NCBI RefSeq assembly: GCF_044704955.1
Contig: NC_091984.1
Location: forward strand, 210,924,001-210,988,000
Reading direction: 5' to 3'
DNA: 64,000 bases
Source of the DNA: Pristiophorus japonicus
Taxonomy: Eukaryota
The notes beneath the pieces are model-generated. The model did no database searches and was not told the origin of the DNA. It worked only from the letters and a program-made list of their open reading frames with translations. Made by a program: the position numbers and the translations under genes. Positions 1-13,412 of the stretch are shown here, piece by piece (position 1 is the first letter of the stretch; the number at the start of each line of letters is the position of its first letter).

Positions 1-824
1 CAGAGATGCGATAATTGTAATACAAGTGGTCTCAGCAGCTTTGGGCTGGAAGAATTACTCCTGTGGAAAGTTTGTGTGTGGGGACATCGAGTACAGACAG
101 GATTGCATTTGACTCTGATGCTTTCTCCTGATGAGGAACATGTGAATACTTACCATTTAGGTTCACACAAATAATGACTATTTGGCCGAGGTCCCAGCAT
201 CCTGGAGACATACACTAGCTTGAATTTCACCTTCAGAGGTGAGAGAACATTGAAAAAATAAAACAAAAGCATTAGACTTAAATATGTTATTGCGGTGATG
301 TCAATTCCTGGTCGTCTCCCCATTACTCTCACAAAATAAGGTACACGTTTCTTCATCCTTTTTCAGTTTGCTTGTGAATTTTGCATGCATCAAGATAAAA
401 TGATGGGAAATCGACCATTTTCTGTTTTGGGCACTATATTAGCATTAAGCACTCTTAAGGTCAGGTATAATATGGTTAGATGCAGAATGAAACTATTCTC
501 CCATAACATTCCTCAGCTCCAGCCCACGACCACTACTGTTTTGATACCAGCCTCTGTGCTCCATACAAGTATCCATACTGAACTCCATTGCTCCCCAATC
601 TCCAAGTACATTAATTTCAAAATCCTTGTCCTCATCTGCAAATACTTCATGACCTCACTCCAGCCTACTTCCACCCTCTTTTCATCCAGTGGTGCTCTAC
701 TGTCTAAGCCCCCTCCCTCTGCTCAAAGTGGCAGAGCTTTCAACCATTTCCCCCCCCACCCCATCCTCGACTGTTCTAAGTGACAGTGCCCTCAACGAGT
801 TCCCCTTGCTACATTTCTCCTAAG

Positions 825-1241
825 AAACTTGCATTTATATAGCGCCTTTCACAACCGTAGCCTGTCCCCAAATTGCTTTTGAAGTATAGTCAGTTGTAAT
901 GTCGGATACATGGCAGCCAATTTGCACAGAGCAAGGTCTCAAATAGGAATGATATAATGACCAGATTTTCTTTTTAATGACATTGCTGAGATAGATATTA
1001 GCCAGGATACCAAGGAGAACTTGCTTGCTCTTCAAATAGTGCCATGGGATCTTTTAACACCTATCGGAGAGGGCAGATGAAGCCTCAGTTTAATATTTCA
1101 TCCGAAAAACATCCAACGCTTCCTTAGTGCAGTACTGAAGTGCCAACCTAGATTATGTACTCAATTCTCTAGAGTGGGATTTGAACCCACAATCTTGTGA
1201 CCCAGAGGTGCCAGTGCTACTATTTAGCAAAGGCTGACACC
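825..1241 (-). mobile_element. DeuSINE-type SINE (SacSINE1/AmnSINE1-related), near full length
   Basis: tRNA-like head (gggttcaaatcccact), Deu-like core (aaaagatcccatggcactattt...aaattggctgcc) and tail gaaaggcgctatataaatgcaag. Confidence 0.75.
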
Positions 1242-1999
1242 AACTTTCAAACACATCCCTGAAATCTTTTTAGTCACTATCCTTAATTTTCTTTCCTACT
1301 TGGGTCTAATCCCCGAACTATGAAATGCCAAAGGACATTTTGCTGCATTAAGGGTGCTGTATATAAATAGAAGCACTGTACTTTAACGGCAGTTGTCATC
1401 TGAGCTGAATTTTAACTAGGTTCTTAATCTACAGTACCACTCAATCCACTTTTTGCTATGTAGTTTTCCAGGCAAACACGTTACTTGCAGGCCTCTCACA
1501 GCACTTACAATTGCTTTGCAGTATGTGAGAGCAGTATGTGAGAGAAGCACTAATGAATTTCCTCTTCCTCTACAAGCAAGGTTGTTAATTTGGCACATGG
1601 AAAATTATAGGCACAAATCACATTAAACTTCATTTCAGCAATTTATTAGAAGTGCTAGTGTGCTGATCGATGTGGCAATCTGTGACATTTGGATGAAACT
1701 CTCATATGAAAGAAACTTAAATTTTTAAAGATGCACTAGATCAACTGTACACCGATGCCCATTTTAATCTGATCTTTAAAGCATTTAATAGTACCAATAA
1801 CTGTATAATCCAATAATTGCACACTGGTGCCCCCACCGTAATGTCCCATTATTGCTGTGCAAGCTGTTAAAGCACTGAGCTTCAATAAATAGTCAACAGC
1901 GCTTTTATTGGTATAAAAATGGAAGCTGTAAAGATTTAGTTTTCATTATTTAAATTTATGATTCAAACAAATAGCCAGAATTGAGAAAGATATAGATGC

Positions 2000-2554
2000 A
2001 GAAATCCTGGTTTAGGAGAAAAGATGCGCACTTACCTTTTGGTCGACTGCTCATCAGAGATTCCGGACTCGTAAGTCCGAAACTCCTATTACTATGAATG
2101 AGAAACACCCCCAAACACTACATAAAATATAAACACTTCACAAATACATTGTAGAAATTAAAGTTGATAGACAATTTGAAAAAAAAATTTGCCGATTTTT
2201 AACAAAGTTTAATTATGGTTTAAAATAAAATTACCTGAGTGGGTATGTATTTTCAAATTTTATTCTTATATGTTTAATATGTTTTTAATCTCTTATGCTG
2301 GTAAAAGTAGGCTATGCTTTTACCAGGCACAAGAGTTTTAAGGACATTCGCAGGGCAAGAGATGGGCAAATAGCCCAATTTCTGCCGTGGGAATGTCCCT
2401 CTCCCAGAGATGCAGCCATCTGTCAAGCCAGAAACTTGACAGATTGGAAAAGCCGGTTTCGGCACATGCACATTCTGAAAACCAGCTTTTCCTGATGCCT
2501 TCCCGGGTCCATACACACTCCGTACAGACCCAGGGAGGCTGGAATTTCAAGGCC
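2000..2554. mobile_element. Probable non-autonomous DNA-transposon (MITE-like) remnant
   Basis: CpG-containing block ending in ggaatttcaaggcc, similar to the termini of other MITE-like elements here; left end unclear. Confidence 0.35.
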
Positions 2555-3096
2555 ATATTTATAAGTCTCACAGGTAGTTGGACTAGAATGAACTCGAAAT
2601 TCCAATTCACTAATGGTTACGATATAAGGGGTTATCATACGACTCAATTCTTAATGTCAACTGCAGAGTACTCACATGTTTTCTTCCAAAAGTCAACAAA
2701 AATAGCACGGCAAAGGATATTTTAAGTCAAATATTAAAACTGTTGTAGAAACTATTTAAAAGTAAATTGAGTAAGTAGTTGAAAAAGGAAGAATAGAAAA
2801 GGATGGAGAGAAAAGGCAAAGAAATGGGGATATCTCTGGTTGAAAAGTTAGCACCAGCACAAGTGAAGTGGCTGAATGGCTTCTTCCCATGTCGTAAATT
2901 TGATGATTCTATGGCATACTCATAAACATACAGATGATGAATGGGAGGAAGCAACCAGATGAAATTGAACTTTCCTGAGCAAGTTTATACTGTTTAAGAA
3001 AAGAGAGCAGTCTCTGAACCAAATTGGACCTTTCAAGCACAATTCCAAATGTTTCTGCTGTATGCAATACTACAAATTTAGATTCTACTGGGCTGA

Positions 3097-3903
3097 AATC
3101 ATAGAATAGTACAGCACAGGAGGCCCTCAAGTCTGCAGCACTTCTTTCAAAGAGCAATCCAGTTAGTCCCACTCCCCTGCTCTTTCCTCATATCCCTAAG
3201 TATTTATCCAATTCCCATTATGCTTTAATCTGTATCCACCCCACTATCAGGTAGTGTATTCCAAATCCTAACCATTCGTTATGTAGAAAGTATTTCATCA
3301 TGTTAACTCTGGTTTTCTTGCCAATCACTTTAAATCTGTGCCCCCTCATTCATTGGAAACTGTTTCTCTTTATTTACTCTATCTAAACCGTTCATGATCT
3401 TAAATCTCCCCTTTGCCTTCTCTGCTTCAAGAATAACTCCAGCTTCTCCAGTCTATCCACATAACTGTAATCCTTTATCCCTGGAACCATTCTCTTCTGT
3501 ACTCTCCAAAACTTTCATGCCCTTCCTAAAGTGTGGTGCCCAGAATGGGACACAATACTTCCACTGGGGCTGAACAATTGTACAATTAAGCGTGTATTGT
3601 CTCTCTTCATTCTTCCTACAAAAATGTATCACTTCACACTTTTCTGCATTGAATTTCATCTGCCATGTGTCCATCTATTTGAGCAGCCTATGTCTTCTTG
3701 AAGTCAATTACTATCTTCCTCACTGTTTACTACATTTCCAAGTTTTGGGTCATTTTGAAATTGTGCCCTGTGCATCCAAGTCATTAATGTATATCAAAAA
3801 CAGCACTGTTCAGAGCACTGAATCTTGGGGAATGCCACTGTATACCTCATTTCAGTCTGAAAAACAGCCAGTCACCACAACTCTGTTTGCTATCCCTTAG
3901 CCA
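3097..3903 (-). mobile_element. Old CR1 LINE 3' fragment
   Basis: ORF 3453..3674 WQMKFNAEKCEVIHF...YCVPFWAPHFRK; atcatagaat tail. Confidence 0.85.
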
Positions 3904-4294
3904 AGGAGAATTGTAAGATTGTGGCCAGCACCTCTGCAACCTAGGTTGCATCTCATTTGGACCAGGTAACTTACCAATTTTAATTACCGCCAGCCTTTCT
4001 TGTATTTCTATCTATATATTTTAAAAAATCTCATCCAGTATCCCAGCAATCTCCTAGTCTACTTAAGCAGTATGACTCAAGGTTGGATGGGCCTCAAAGT
4101 AAAATCAGAGAACAGGCTGACATTGAGAAATTGAACAAAATTCTCCATGGCCCAGGAAGGAAAAAAAACGGATGAAAAAGAAAGCAATACTAAGACCAGT
4201 CCAACCTTATAGTGTACTTCCTGTTAATTTATTGTAGAGTAGCAAACATGACGACCAGAAAATCCAGTAGATCTCTGATGTAAAGAATAAATAA

Positions 4295-5862
4295 ACTTGT
4301 ATTGATATAGCATCTTTCACGTCCTCAGGAAGTCCCAACCGCTTTGCAACCACTGTAATGTAAGCAAACACAGCAGTCAACCTGTGCACAGCAAGATTCC
4401 ATAAACTGCAATAAGTTAAATGACCAGTTAACCTATTTTGGTAACCCTGGGCACCAGAACTCTTTTAGGAATCTTTTCTATCCACTTGAACTTTTTTTTA
4501 AAAAATGTCTCATCTGAAAGGTGGCACCACTGAACCTCAGCACTTCACTGGAGAGTCAACAACTTGCATTTTTGTAGCACCTTTAACAGAAAAACATCCC
4601 AAGGAGCTCACTGGTGTAATCAGACAAAAGTTGACACCAAGCCAAAAGAGGGGATACTAGAGGGTCAACTAAATGCTTCTCCAAAGGGGTGCTTTTTAAA
4701 GATGGTCTCAGGGGACGCGAGGGAGATGGAGAGGTGGAAGGGTCGAGGGAGGGAATTCCAGAGCATGGGGCCTAGTCAGCTGAAGACAGCCACCATGGGG
4801 CAAAGAGGATATACAAAAGGCCAGAGGAATGGAGAACTCGGGGGAGGGTTGCAAGACTGCAGGAGGTCAGAGAGATAGGGAGGGGCAAGGTCAAGAAGGG
4901 ACTTAAACATGAGGATGAGAATTTAAAAATCGGAGGACTGGGGAACAAAGGGCCAATGCAGGTCAGCAAGGACAGCAGTGATGGTCGAGCAGGACCTGAT
5001 GTAGAATAGAAAATGTGCAGCAGAGACTTTGATGAGTTGAAGTTTACAAAATGTGGTGAATGGGAGGCTGGCTAAAAGAACATTGGATTAGTTGTGTCTG
5101 AAAAATATAGGATGAGTGTTTCAGCTGCTAATGGGCTGAGGGATGGATAGAGGCAAGTGAGATTACAGACGTGGAAGTCTACAGATGTAGACAGGGTGGA
5201 GTCAGCTTTGAGCATCGACCAACACTGTCCAGGTTCAGAGACAGTTGTGGTGAGTGAAATCAGGAGCTCTAGAATGGGCAGAGCATCAATGGGTGCATCG
5301 TTGGAGGTAGTGCTGTGGAAACAGAGGGCTGAGGAGTGGAATGTTGACCCAAAGCCAGAAGTTCATTCAGTGGTCCAGCTGAGGTGTACAGTGTTCACCA
5401 GCAGCTCTGGTGTACCAGCAGAGGAATGAGGAGCACCGAGTGAAATCCAAGCACCAAAAGCAGTGAAGTGCAGGGAGCCAGAGAGAGGTGAGGAGCCCAT
5501 AAGATTGGAAGCAGCAGTAGGGACTGAGGATCTGATTCAACCCAGTCCACCAAAGTTTGATGGATGGAAGTTTGAAGAGTGAGTGACTCAGCAGCTATTG
5601 GGAAACAAGTGGAGATCATTCAGCAGCAGGGAGTAGAATCCAGAGCAGGATGGGAACCAGCAGGAACAGATCAAAGCTGCTCAGCATAGTAAAATAATTG
5701 CCAGTGGAAGAACAGAAAGTGGAGCCTGAAGAAGCAGACTGAAAGAAAAGTCCAGCAGACTAATGCCCAAGTAAGGCTAAATTTCTGCTCAGGTACCTGG
5801 AATGGGACTTGAACACATGATCATCTGGCTCAGAGGCAAGACTACGAAGTCAAGCTGACACT
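4295..5862 (-). mobile_element. DeuSINE split by an L2 3' fragment (about 4561-5170) and further decayed sequence
   Basis: SINE tail/core at 4295-4560, tRNA-like head at about 5790-5862; L2-type 3' end starts at aacttgcatttttgtagcacctttaac. Confidence 0.55.
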
Positions 5863-6532
5863 TGGTGAAAGATGGTCAAATGACTTTAGTCAGCAATTAC
5901 TTTAACAGAAATTAGATTTGTTACTTATTACAAGGTTTAAAATCTATACCCTTAACATACATTTCTAATTCAGACTGTTCAAGAATTCAAGCAATGTATA
6001 TGATATAACTTTTTCATTGTTAAAATTGCTGCAATGTAATGTAATTTTGTTTGGGTCCCTGGTGGTTCAATGCATTAGTGTGCAGTATCAGAGATTGAAT
6101 CTGGATTTGAATTCCAGCCTGAACTCACATTTATGCTCATTTCCTCCAGCTTACTTTGAGACACAAAGCATTTGAACAGCTCAAGGGTGGAGAAGGATAG
6201 ATGTTCCTTCTCAGGTTGCACTTTATTATTCACCAACTGATTGACCATCATTGAGATAAAAGATGCATTTCCATTCCTCTTTCCATCTCGTTCTCCCAAC
6301 CAATCACAATCACTAGCTATACTCTCAAGGATTGTCTTGTGGCCTGCAATCCTCAAAAAGTGTAACAGGATTGAAAGAATGTGTATCAAGTTACTTTTCG
6401 TCAATCATATTTTACATTGTATTCCTGTAATGTGTTGTGATTTTAAAAGCACAGAACAAATATCTTAACCTGAGAATTAATTTGCTGTCCAAAAACTAGG
6501 ATTGAAACCGTAATTGCATATTTCAAACCTGC

Positions 6533-6810
6533 GACCTCTACCACCAAGAAGGACAAGGACAGCAGGTGCTTGGGAATACTATCAACTGCAAGTTCCCTCC
6601 TGACTTGGAAATATATCGCCATTCCTTCATCGTCATTCCTTCATCGTCACTGGATCAAATTCCTGGAATTCTCTCCCCAACAGCACAGTGGGAGTACCTT
6701 CACCTCATGGACTGTAGCGGTTTAAGTCGTCGACTCACCACCATCTTCTCAAGCGCAATTAGGGATGGGTAATAAATGCCTTGCCAGCGATGCTCACATC
6801 TCATGAATGA
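6533..6810 (+). mobile_element. LINE 3' end (CR1/L2-group) with atgaatgaa tail
   Basis: 3'-terminal LINE-like sequence ending gcgatgctcacatctcatgaatgaa; family recognised from memory only. Confidence 0.55.
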
Positions 6811-6825
6811 ATTTTTTTTTTTTTA

Positions 6826-7810
6826 AAGTGTAGAAAAATGTCCAAAGGCCCTTTACAAAGATGTAATCAAAAAACAGACACCAAACTAAAGGAGATATAA
6901 GTCGGCCTTGTCAAAAAGAGGTGGATATTAAGGAGGATCTTAAAAGGAGCAGAGGGAAGTGGAGAGGCACAGGGATATAGGGAGAGAATTTCAGAGTGCG
7001 AGGTTTAGGTGGCTGAAGACATGGCAGCAAATAGGGCAGATATACAAGAGGCTCGAGTCAGAGGAATGAGGGGTGGGGTGGGTGCAAGAAGTTTGAGGGA
7101 GAGGCAAGACCATAATGATATTAAAACACAAGGACGAGAATTTTAAATTTGATACATTGGGGAACCAGACACCAATTAGGTCAGCAAGGACAAGTGATTG
7201 GTGACTGGGAATTAATGTGGGATAGGATACCAGCAGCAAAAAATTTGGATGAGCTAAGGTTTAGGGGTGCCAATCCAGAGGGCATTAGAATTGTTGTACC
7301 TGGAGGTGACAAAAGCACAGATGAGCATTTCAGTGACAGATGGACTGAGGAAGAGTTGGATGTGCAAATAGGCAGTTTTTGTGATGGATTGGTAATGGGG
7401 TCAAACAGGATGTTGAGGTTGCAAACAATATGGTTCAGCCTGAGACAGTCGAAAGCGAGGTGGCAAGGATCAAAGACAATGGCTTTGGTCTTCCCAGTGT
7501 TTAGCTGGAGAAAACACTGTCTCATCCAAGACTGGATATCAGAGAAACAGTCCGCCAACACGAGAGGCAGCGGAGGTGTTGGGAGGCGCAGTACAGGGTG
7601 TCATGAGGATGATGGCCCCATGATTTCAGATTCTATCACCAAGGAGCAGCATGTAGAAGAGGAAAGGGTACTTGGGGAACTCTGGAGGTAACTGTTAGGG
7701 CTGGAAGTGAAGGCATTGCTGGAAATGCTCTGGCTATAATTGAATAGGTAAGAGTGGAATGAAGCAAGGACAGCCCCACTGAGGTGGACAATAGAAGTAG
7801 GGTGATAGGG
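6826..7810 (-). mobile_element. L2-clade LINE 3' fragment
   Basis: ORF 7181..7561 LADCFSDIQSWMRQCFLQLNTGKTKAIVF is typical of the L2 RT C-terminus. Confidence 0.8.
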
Positions 7811-9525
7811 GAGGTTTGTGTGGAAACATAAATTACTCCATTGTAACAAAATCCACTAGAGTAAGATTAGAGGACACACAACAGCAAGTACAAACAGATG
7901 AACAATGACAAGACAGGAAAAGACCTATCAGTCTGTCCCACACAACTGCAATGCCTTGTGCTTCACAATATATACACTGTTCTGCCGTGCCCCGCCCCAC
8001 CCCCCAACAAAGCTATCTAATCTACCAGGAGGCAGAAAACCAGATGGGCCAATTGGAGGGGGTTGGGGGGGAGGAACTTAAATTCCTCTCCAGCCATTTT
8101 AGGCAATTGAAACTCTGGTTCTGATTGTTATACAGTACCTACCTTTTATACGAGGTGATCTCCTCCCCAGCCAGAAACATGTCCAGCTTTCATTTAAAGA
8201 AAATCAGGAAATCAGCATTCACTGCATGAGCCAGCAGCCTGTTCCACAGATCCACTATTCTCTGGGAAAACAACCATCTAACCTAGTTCTGGTCTTACAA
8301 ATCATGAGACTGTGACCCCTGGTCCTCCGTAACCTATTTAGTTGGAACAAAATGTCTACAGAAACACCATCATCTTATAAATAGATCAATCAATTTTCTT
8401 TCTAGGTATTTTATCAGTGTCGAACTTCTTTGATGCAAGAAACATTACATAGAATAGGAATACATCATTGTTCGAAGGCTTAACAAAAGTTTTTAATTTT
8501 CAAGGTTTATAATCACTCTTAGCTAATTTGGCCTATGTTTATTTACAATATCAAGGGTTAAATATTTTTTGTAAAGCCACAACAGTTGCAAGAATTAACA
8601 AAACTATTAAAATTAAATTGAAAGATTGAGAGTGTAAACTTTACTAACTTTAGGAATATTTCTTCTCACTATCCCTTCTTCTAAAGAAATATTAGTCACA
8701 TTTGGACTTGGGGCCCAGCAGTTACACACCCTTAGTGTGTCTCCTACTTTTCCACTTGTTAAGTTCACAAGATAATTTTAGATAAGGAAAGCCATTTGGT
8801 CCATTTGATTCACACATTCAGAGATCCTAATGCTTCTCTCCCATTGTAGCATCCAATTATTTCTTGAATGATTTATACACTTTGTAAACATCTTGGGGTG
8901 CTGACGAAAAATTTGAAGCTGGTCAAGTTTGTAATTCTTCATTTTTTTCTATCTTCTACAGACTTCATCAATGGGAAGATCTGGCCCATGGTTTGTGTAA
9001 GAGACCTTTGGTGAATAATATATTCTTCAGTGCAAAGCCCAAACAAACCCCCCCCACCCAGGGCGACATCATTTTTCGGTGTAACTATACTGCAAGAGCA
9101 GAGTTACATGCTTTCCTCTCCCCCCACCCTGCCAAGAAATTTGTGCTTAACTGATTTACACTGGTTTTATGCCAAAACATCACTATGAATTTTCTTGAAC
9201 GTTTGTGCCTCGAGATGTCTACTGAAACGTTCTGCTGCTCATTTACATTTGCGATTTAAAAGAAAATTCTTCGAGATTTGCACTATACTTAACCAAAGTT
9301 CCATCAGTGCAACCCGCTGATATGTTCAGAAGGACAATGCAGCTGAAATGGCCTTCCCAATAGGCGTAATCCTGTTTTGGATAATAATGGAAGAGGAGCA
9401 GAAGAGGCTAGCGGCTCAGAGTAATGTAGCATGGCAGAAAACAGCAGCCAAAAATCTTTCCTCTATTGATGGCACTGCACTTACCCCAGTTTTTATATGA
9501 TGAAAATCTACTCAACTTTGCAATT

Positions 9526-12500
9526 AGAACATAACATAAGAAACAGGAGCAGGGGGCCAGTTGGCCCCTCGAGCCTGCTCCGCCATTCAATAAGATCATG
9601 ACTGATCTGGTGTCTTGGCGCCCACTCCCCAAAACCCTCGACACCTGTGTCATTCAAAAATCTGTCCATCTCCACCTTAAATGGGCGACCCCTTATTCTG
9701 AAACTATGCCCCCGGTCCTAGATTCCCCCACGAGGGGAAACTTCCTCTCAGCATCTACCCTGTCAAGCCCCCTCAGAATCTTTGTTTCAATGAGATCACC
9801 TCTCATTCTTCTAAACTCCAATTAGTATAGGCCCAACTTGTTCAACCTTTCTTCATATGACAACCCCTTCATCTCAGGAATCGACCAAGTGAACCTTCTC
9901 TGAACTGTCTCCAATGCAAGTATATCCCTCCTTAAATAAGGAGACCAAAGTGTGGTCTCATCAACAGTTGTAGCAAGACTTCCCTACCTTTATACTGCAT
10001 CCCCCTTGCAATAAAGGCCAACATTCCATTTGGCTTCCTAATTACTTGCTGCACCTGCAAGCTAACTTTTGCATTTCATATACAAGGACCCGGAGATCCC
10101 TTCAATGCAGAATTTTGTCTCTACATTTAAATAAGAATTTGCTTTTTTATTTTTTGTACCAAATCTCACATTTTCCCACATTATATTCCATCTGTCAAAT
10201 TTTTGCCTACTCACAACCTATTTATATCCCTTTGCAGATGCTTTGTGTCCTCTTCACAACTTGCTTTCCCACTTATCTTTGTTTCATCAGCAAATTTAGC
10301 TACATTACACTCAGTCATTTCATCCAAATCATTAATACAGATTGTAAATAGTTGAGGCCCCAGCACTGATCCCTTGGGCACCCCACTAGTTACAGTTTGC
10401 CAACCTGAAAATTACCCATTTATCCAGACGCTAATGTTTTCTGTTAGTTAGCCAATTCTTTATCCATATTACCCCCAACCCCATGAGCTTGTATCTTGTG
10501 CAGTAACCTTCTGTGGCACCTTGTTGAATCCAAATATACCACATCTACTGGTTCCCCTTTATCCATCCTACTTGTTACATCCTCCAAGAACTCCAGCAAA
10601 TTTGTCAAACGTGATTTCCCTTTCATAAAATCATGCTGACTCTGCTTGACTTATGATTTTCTACATGTCCTGCTATTACTTCCTTAATAATGGACGCCAC
10701 CATTTTCTCAATGACAGATGTTAGGGCCAACTGGTGTATAGATTCCTGCTTTCTGTCTCCCTCCTTTCTTGAAAAGGGGTGTTACATTTGCGGATTACCA
10801 ATCCGCTGGGACCTCTCCAGAATCCAGGGAACTTTGGTAGTTTATAACCAATGCATCCACTATCTCTGCAGCCACTTCTTTTAAGACCCTAGGATGCAGG
10901 TCTCTGGTCCAGGGAAATTGTCCACCCTTAGTCCCATTAGTTTGCCTGATACAACAATCACTATCACTGGAGAAAAAGTAAGTTCCCCTCTCCCTATAGC
11001 CCCTTGATTATCTATTATTGGAATGCTTTTAGTGTCTTCTACTATAAAGACAGACACAAAATATTTGATCAAATTCTCTGCCATTTCCCATTATTAATTT
11101 CCCAGTCTCATCCTTTAAGGGGCCAACGTTTACTTTAGCTACTCTTTTTTTATATACCTGTAGAAGCTCTTACGATCTGTTTTTATATTTCTTGCTAATT
11201 TACTCTCAATCTATCTTCTCTCTATTATATTTTTTAGTCGACCTTTGCTGGATTCTAAAACTTTCCCAATCCCCTGGCCTTTGCATCATTGTATGCCTTT
11301 GTTTTCAATTTGACACCATCCTTAAGTTTCTTAGTTAGCCACGGATGGTTCATCCGTCTCTTAGTGTTTCTTTCTCACTGGAATATATCTGCTGAAAGTT
11401 ATGAAGTATCTCCTTAAATGCCTACCACTGCTTATCTACCATCTTACCCTTTAATTTCTTTCCCGAATCCACTTCAGCCAACTGTCTTCATACCTTTGTA
11501 AATTGCCTTTATTTAAGTTCAGGACACAAGTTTGAGACCCAAGTTTCTCACCCTCAAACTGAATTTGAAATTTCAACATGCTATGATCACTCTTCCCTAG
11601 AGGATCCTTTACTATGAGATTAACTAATCCGATCTCATTATACATTACCAAATCCAAAATAGCCTGCTCCCTGGTTGGTTCAACAACATATTCTTCCAAG
11701 AAATACTCTTTGAACTCTGCCTTAAGACTACCTTTGCCAATGAGATTCATCCAAGCTATATGAAGATTAAAATTGCCCATTATTGCAGTACCTTTCTTAC
11801 AAGCCTCCACAGTTTCTTGATTTATACTCTGTCCTACAGTGTAACTATTAAGAGGCCTATAGACTACTCCCACCAGTGATTTATTTCCCTTATTTCGTAT
11901 CTCCATCCAAACTCATTCTATATCTTGATCTTCTCTGAGCCAATATAATTTCTCACTTCTGCACTGATCTCATCCTTTATTAATAGCGTTACCTCACCTT
12001 TTCCTTTCTGCCTATCCTTCCGAAACGTCAAATACCTCTGAATATTTAGTTCCCAGCCTTGGTCACCTTGTAACCACGTCTCTGAAATGGCCATCAGATC
12101 ATACCCATTTACTTCTATTTGTGCTGTCGGCTCAACTATCCCGTTACGAACGCTGCATGCAATCAGATAAAGAGCTTTTAATTTTGTCTTTTTATCTACT
12201 CCGACACTACTTTCTGATGCACTCTTATGTTGATATGCTCTGTCCCTTCCGGTCACATTCTGGCAATCATTATCCCCATCACTACCCTGCACTACTGCCT
12301 TCTCCTTTCTCTTTGACTTTTTAAAATTTCCCCTCACCTGGACCCTCCTCCCCTCTATTTAGTTTAAAGCCCTAACTACAGCTCAAGTTATTTGATTAGC
12401 CAGGGCACTGGTTCCAGCATGGTTCAAGTGAAGCGTGTCCCAATAGAACAACTCCCTCTTTCCCCAGTACTGGTGCCAGTGCCCCATGAATTGAAACCCA

Positions 12501-12545
12501 TTTCTCCCACACCAATCTTTGAGCCACGCATTCATCTCTCTTAGG
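9526..12545 (-). mobile_element. Long decayed CR1 LINE: ORF1 esterase C-terminus, APE endonuclease, RT and tail
   Basis: ORF 12383..12592 (NAWLKDWC...LHLNHAGT, SGNH-like), 11451..12337 (ISETWL, VGVVYRP, MGNFN, SDH), 10444..10626 (RT); (cttatgtt)-type tail; many frameshifts and deletions. Confidence 0.93.
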
Positions 12546-12759
12546 ATGTGAATTGATATACAAAAGCAGTTTAAAAATAAATGGCAGAACAATTTAACCT
12601 AACATAAATGGTCACATCGAACCAGTTGAAATATTACTCCTCTCCAAATTAGTGCACTATCAGATACATGATGGGAAAAAAAAACACAAATGAGATAAAA
12701 ATGGCAGTGTGTTACACATTTAAATCAGCCTCCTGGGTACTTTTTCCCCACAAGTCCAG

Positions 12760-12765
12760 TTTATT
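12760..12765 (-). promoter_or_regulatory. Candidate AP1B1 polyadenylation signal AATAAA (3' UTR about 0.6 kb)
   Basis: tttatt on the plus strand; the first canonical hexamer I found downstream of the stop codon and before the CR1 at 12545. Usage is not shown. Confidence 0.4.
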
Positions 12766-13337
12766 TCTGATATGACTATTGATCAACACCTTAACATCAG
12801 CTGCAATGGTGGAACCCAAAGAGCATATTATCAGCATGAACCATATTACTAGTGTACAAATACACATAAAATGTCATACCACAAAATTTTAAAGTCACAT
12901 CACACATTATGAAGAGGATACAAATTCAAAGGACAATTACCCAACAGTTGGAATGGTGGTGTATTGAGCACAGCCTCTTCACATACTAGGCAATTCACCA
13001 TGTCATGATATTACATTACATTCATATGACCAGGTTTCGAGACAAATCAACATAGCAAATATCTGAATCTTGTATTTAGAGCTAGATATTAGCAGAATAA
13101 TGGATTTAGATATACTAGGATTATACAATAGACTTTAGTGTCAATGGGTCAATATACTCTGAGATCTTGAGTATACAATAAATACCCTTCACAATAATGC
13201 AACTTCTTCAGTGGCACCAGGGTGTCACATTTATAAATTCTGTCCATTATCAGTGCTTATAGGCTTCTGAAATAAACAAGGGAAATTAACCACCACAACT
13301 GCAGGGATCTTCTGCCAGACTTATGTCCTCAAATTGC

Positions 13338-13412
13338 TCAATTCTTCAAAATTATTTCATATGCCTGGAAAACATGTTGGGCTACCTCTGGGGCTCTGCA
13401 TTTCAGCGATAA
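13338..13412 (-). CDS. AP1B1: AP1B1 last coding exon: [24 protein letters not shown]-stop
   Basis: ctttgttgcag| acceptor; TGA at 13338-13340; matches the beta-adaptin C-terminus. Confidence 0.97.
   Translation of the reverse strand, partial: LSLKCRAPEVAQHVFQAYEIILKN

Noticed and set aside
1150-1241. tRNA-like B-box sequences (also about 21000 and 57260) as tRNA genes
   Set aside because: They are degenerate SINE heads and do not form a cloverleaf.
6075-6404. 109-aa minus-strand ORF in non-repetitive sequence
   Set aside because: No recognisable homology and no convincing splice-site pair.
8935-9002. Strong plus-strand acceptor followed 35 nt later by gtaaga
   Set aside because: An isolated motif pair with no reading-frame or homology support.
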